A stretch of 64,000 bases of DNA. Source: Botryllus schlosseri (taxonomy: Eukaryota). Below, piece after piece: positions 59,207-64,000 of the stretch. The notes under the pieces are model-generated. The model was not told the origin of the DNA and ran no database searches. It saw only the letters and a list, made by a program, of their open reading frames with translations. The stretch's first letter is position 1. Every line of letters starts with the position of its first letter. Location: the NCBI GenBank assembly GCA_051294905.1, contig CM119375.1, positions 9,238,001 to 9,302,000 on the forward strand, given 5' to 3'. The translations under genes were made by a program, and so were the position numbers.

Positions 59207-62200
59207 GACCAGAAGAAATCAGAAGCGAAATGAATTTAAAACTTATGCTGACAAATGCCGCACCTAAGACTATTATCTCGAGGTCCTATAGGAATGATGT
59301 GCTGTTAATGTATGCAGGCGTACATAAGGATTTTTCTACATCATTTGCAATTGTCGCAATAGAAATTCATCCACTTACACGAACACTTGGCATGTGATTG
59401 ATTTATGGCTCGCCGAACAAGTTCCGGTTTAGACCTATTGTTCATACCACCGCGCCCTATTGATCCACGAGTACTTTCACAGCAAGGTGTCTTGTTAGCT
59501 AACATAGTCGCGCAAAACATTGACCAATAACGCCTAATCAGTGTCTCAAAAATATTTGCACATGTACATCACTCGCGAATAGACTAGATTCAAATCACGA
59601 TTTGTTATATAACTTGACAGTTGCCTATGACAGAGTAGAATAACATCTATTTGAATGTTACATTTTACATTAAATCACAAAAATACCTATTTGGCCTGGG
59701 TTCGTGTTTGGGTGGTTGACGAGGCAAAATATGTCACAAGTAAGTATACCGAGTTCATTGGTCCGTCAGTGTCATCCCATGTCATTATGTACAGTGGTAC
59801 AGTCCTTATTATATAACTATCGATAATTAATTCATAAATATGTTGATAAATACACAGAGAATATTTAGTAAAAAGCAACTATATTTGGTTGCTGTGGTAA
59901 CGTCAAACTTGTTAATTACGTGGCAACATTTTTGTGACGTCATATAATTAGTATTTACGGATATTTTATTGCACAATCCAAACCTAAAATAGCGTCCGAC
60001 TGTGTGTATACACTTGTTATTTGATGTGACTGTATACTTTAATAACCTATTCTCCGGTTGCGCTATTTACGACGTGTCTTATCGACAAGGTCGCGTACTA
60101 TGCCGCCTAAAGTTCATTAATCTTGCAAGTCCTTGCAGGAATGTAGGTGTTGCAATTAGGAGACCGATTTTCTCCATACACATCACATAACGAACGCATT
60201 GTCGCCGAAAGGAATAACGCGTGAATACGGTTTATCCATTTTTAGGGGTACTGCCATCCACTCCTACGCAGAAAAAGGCATCTTCTTTTATATTAATCAT
60301 TACATGATGATTACCAAGTTCCCATCAATCCAAGACGTCAATCTAATGCGAGGCACGTTTTGCAAAATCGCAAAGTCATTTCGCAGACTTGTTAAACAAC
60401 ACAGAGAATCGGTCTCTTCTATACAGTCAGCATCGAGAATAATATTATACAAGCATCTCATTTTCATACACCCTTGCCTTGTGTTGGATGCATGGATGCA
60501 TGGTGCGGGTGCGTAATGGCTTAACTAAAGAGCATACGGTGTGCCGTCCATTGAAGCTAATGCGTTTTACTTCTCGGCGTTGATGAGTTACCAATTACTG
60601 TTATCGTATGTATATTGTATGCCATTAATTCGCCGGATCTTGCTACCAATCACAAAGCTGGTCGCTAAATTTATACGAAGAGATAAAGATCTACTGATGA
60701 TATACGGCCTCAATTCAAACTGTAGCGTTTAGCACAGAGTTTATAGTTTTAAACACAAAATGCAGGGTCTGAAATATTTAACTGGCATTCTTCAGGATAT
60801 GAAAAGTGATAACATTTGATCAACGCATGTCAGTATTTTGTTTACGAAATGGTAAATTTGTCAATATTTCTTCTCATATAAAACGAGTGTTTATAGATGA
60901 CTCTTGCAATGAAGTCGATATACCGACATTGTGGCTGTTTACCTGTTTAGAGCCTACCTGTTTAGAGTCTTTAGTTAGACTATATGATATCGGTTCAATT
61001 ATGCATGAAGCTTGAGAACGTGGCATGTGTCAAGAACATGTCACGTGTTTTGTTAATGCAGTGGGTGCGTGGGTGATAGAGTGGATCAGTTGAAACCCAC
61101 GCGCTTATAATTACAGGGGAGTTTGCGTTCTTCACATTTCAATTTTCAATATCTCTTCCTTATCGTAAACGCAGATAACCACGCTTTGTCAAATACATTC
61201 AATGAGTGGGCGGAATATGAAATGGATGTCAATTACCCCACACATTTACGTTTTTCTACGCATTTCGCTCAAACTGTAGAAGAGATATCAACAGAACGAA
61301 TTACTGCGATATAGTCACCTCACAGAATATATACAGAATTGTGACTGGTAAGCTGTACTGTACGCAATTGCGATGGAAGATAGAAAATGTATTAAATTTC
61401 ACTGAAAAGAACAACACACGGTGTTGCATTCCCGCTGTGTTACGAATTGCACAATTGTATCTTCACATATATCTGGGATATTCACATCAAAAACAGTCTT
61501 ATAAAGACTATGCTAACATCTCGTTGATGCCGTATGACTAATATACTATCACGATATACTCGCATAATACCTTTGAAAAACGTCACCATGGTGTGAAGTA
61601 GCCTCTGTATCCACTATATAGTTACCAGTTTATACAATATACGACTATCTTTTCCAGAGCTCAAACCCTACGCAATTAACCTTATCCATACAGGACTACT
61701 AGTCAATGCAGTCACAAATCAGGGTATGGTTTGAAGCAATAGCGACAGCAAACTTTTATAGTTTGGGATCATCTGATAAACCTATTAACAAAAACGCAAA
61801 ACAAATATCTGCATGACCTGCGTCGACATCCGCCGTTGCTTATGGCCTTAAATATATATAAATAACATCAACAATAAAATCCATGCCGGTTTCATTCTTG
61901 TGTGTAGATCCACACTCCGCAAGCGCGTACTCAAATGATCCTTCAGATATTCGGTAGACGGAGATGTTGCTACATCCTGCACTATACGCTGCATTAGTGT
62001 CAGTGACCTTTATGCCTAACCTGTTCTTGAATTTATACCCGCATAATTAGCGCTATAGATTATAATCATATCACGCGCTGTATGCAGGTAAAACGTTTAA
62101 AATAGATCGGGAAGTCGATACCGTTACACCCCGTGTAAGAGACTCGACTTGCATCTACTCGGGATTTTTTTAGGGCAAAAATGTAAGAAATCCATCCGAA

Positions 62201-62363
62201 ACTGTACACACCGAATGCGGCAGTGTCAGTGAATTGACATTACCAGTTCACCTTGCGAGGATACCTCATAGTAATCTCCCACCAAGACACGTAAGTCAAG
62301 CCACCAAAACTTGTGTAAAAAATGTCAAGCATATGTAGTTAAAGAGGATGGTCAGGAACGAAG

Positions 62364-62403
62364 CATTTATACTTCCCTGGGCACATTTATACTTCTCTGG
62401 GCA
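62364..62403. repeat. 20-bp tandem duplication
   Basis: CATTTATACTTC(C/T)CTGGGCA twice. Confidence 0.9.
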
Positions 62404-64000
62404 CTAAAGAGTGTTTTCTCCTTTCTCTGTCTGGAGTCTGTTGGATTATGTCCCAATGAATGCCAAATAGATGTCTAAAAAAAGCAGATAAAGTATTTCC
62501 AAATAAAGATCTACATTATTATAAGCTTATGCATACAACGATCATATAACATCTGAAGAGACGAGTACTGCTAGGGTTTCACGCTTTTGAGTTTGCGAAT
62601 ATCAAATCTAATCGAGATGAGTAGTCGGTCGAGTGATAAGCTATAAGGGGGATGAAACTATCAAAACTGAACATGAACATGAAATTCAGTTCACATACCG
62701 CGGTTCCACGACGAATAACCGGTCACAGAAGTGGGGCGCGGTATGGGCGTTGTCAATTTGGACTGAAGTTCGGTACGTGACTGAAGTTCGATTCTAACAG
62801 TAAGTGATTCTGCACATCCATACTATATTACATATAGTAGGCCTATATCTCGATATGTCGTACATTTTTGATTCAGACACATACTATGCTTATAATCAAC
62901 ACTTATTTGAAGAGATAAAAGTTCTCACCAAAAGCGTCGCGAACGGCTCTACATAATCAGGTAACAGTCACGCCATTTTCAAATACTATACTTGAACGTA
63001 CGCAATCACGAAAAAGGTACTTATCAACAATTTTATTTTCGTGTTCTTGAAATGTTGGTGAAATATACTCCTTAATAGGGTTCCGTTCATAGAATACGAC
63101 TATTAATTACAAGATCGGAACGGTATCTTATAGTAAACTATTTATTACAGACGGGCAGTTTCGGTTGAAAGCGTGTGAAAGTCTCATTTAGCTGATACAA
63201 AATGAATCATTTCGCATCACAACGGATACAGCGGGCAACAATCCAGGATGGGTCGGACATATGTACCTGAGGATGACTGTCTAAAATATACAACGGTATC
63301 GTCGATGTGATAGTTATCCTGCTATAAAGGATGAATGCGACATACGTACGCATTAAAAAACAATCTACTGTTTTAACATAACAAGTCGGACCAGGAAGAT
63401 TAGTATTGTGTACTTTACGTTGCAAAATGTAGATAAAGCATCACAGCGCGGGATAATTGTGTTGCAACGGATTGCCAAGTCGTGTTTTGAACGTCAGTGT
63501 AGGTAGGTGCCACAACACGGCTATACAATACAGCACTAAGTATTTCTGCGTTTTTGCCGAAATGAGTACCAACCAGTTACGGAGCAAACACGTTATGGCA
63601 TAACCAAGTCTAAAATTACTCTGCACGCAGAATTCCCACACGTTTACAACCCTAAAACGAAAACTTCAAATGAGAACTTAATAAACTATAAGCACAGGCG
63701 TACAAGTGACTAGCTAGCGAACCGGTCAATCGTTGCTATGCAATTGCACAACCAATCACGTGAGCGAATTGCTGCAAGTAGTACTACGGACTATACGGTA
63801 AAGGCGTTTTATTCGGCATTGAGCAAAGGTAATTGTAATCGGCCGTGTTTTCAACATTATCAAGACATCAACTCAATCAACATCACACCAATCAGTGTTC
63901 ACTGTTCACCAACATGTGTTCATCAACACAGAAGTTTGAATGCGAAGATGGAGATTGTCTCTTGCCCCGTCAATGTATAGCGAGAAATTCTATGGGTTAA

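Noticed and set aside
62700-62806. Possible first exon of a plus-strand gene (GC-richer patch ending in CA|GTAAGT)
   Set aside because: Only a donor-like hexamer, with no downstream coding exon identifiable before the window ends.

Overview
This is animal (eukaryotic) genomic DNA: AT-rich, intron-containing, with one 133-base N gap. An invertebrate such as an ascidian would fit, but the taxon cannot be proven from the sequence. Two spliced genes face each other tail-to-tail. (1) A 6-exon secreted, probably GPI-anchored alpha-carbonic anhydrase on + (12527-24851, 307 aa) with the catalytic residues intact. (2) A Kir2-type strong inward-rectifier K+ channel on - with 10 well-supported coding exons (36440 to 29674) and probably two more upstream (39248-39132, 44413-44349). 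The rest is non-coding. It holds about 20 non-autonomous hAT-type DNA elements, most with readable 8-bp target-site duplications; they are often nested and concentrated in the first 28 kb. It also holds three decayed 3' ends of one L2/Crack-like LINE, tRNA-derived SINE-like elements, a degenerate ~42-bp minisatellite, several hairpins and microsatellites. I found no convincing novel multi-gene system. The most interesting signals are a 22-bp palindromic micro-element with a perfect 8-bp TSD, insertion histories that can be reconstructed, an intron-rich Kir2 with a long alternative N-terminus, and the convergent CA/Kir pair. All coordinates and alignments were derived by eye, with no database searches.
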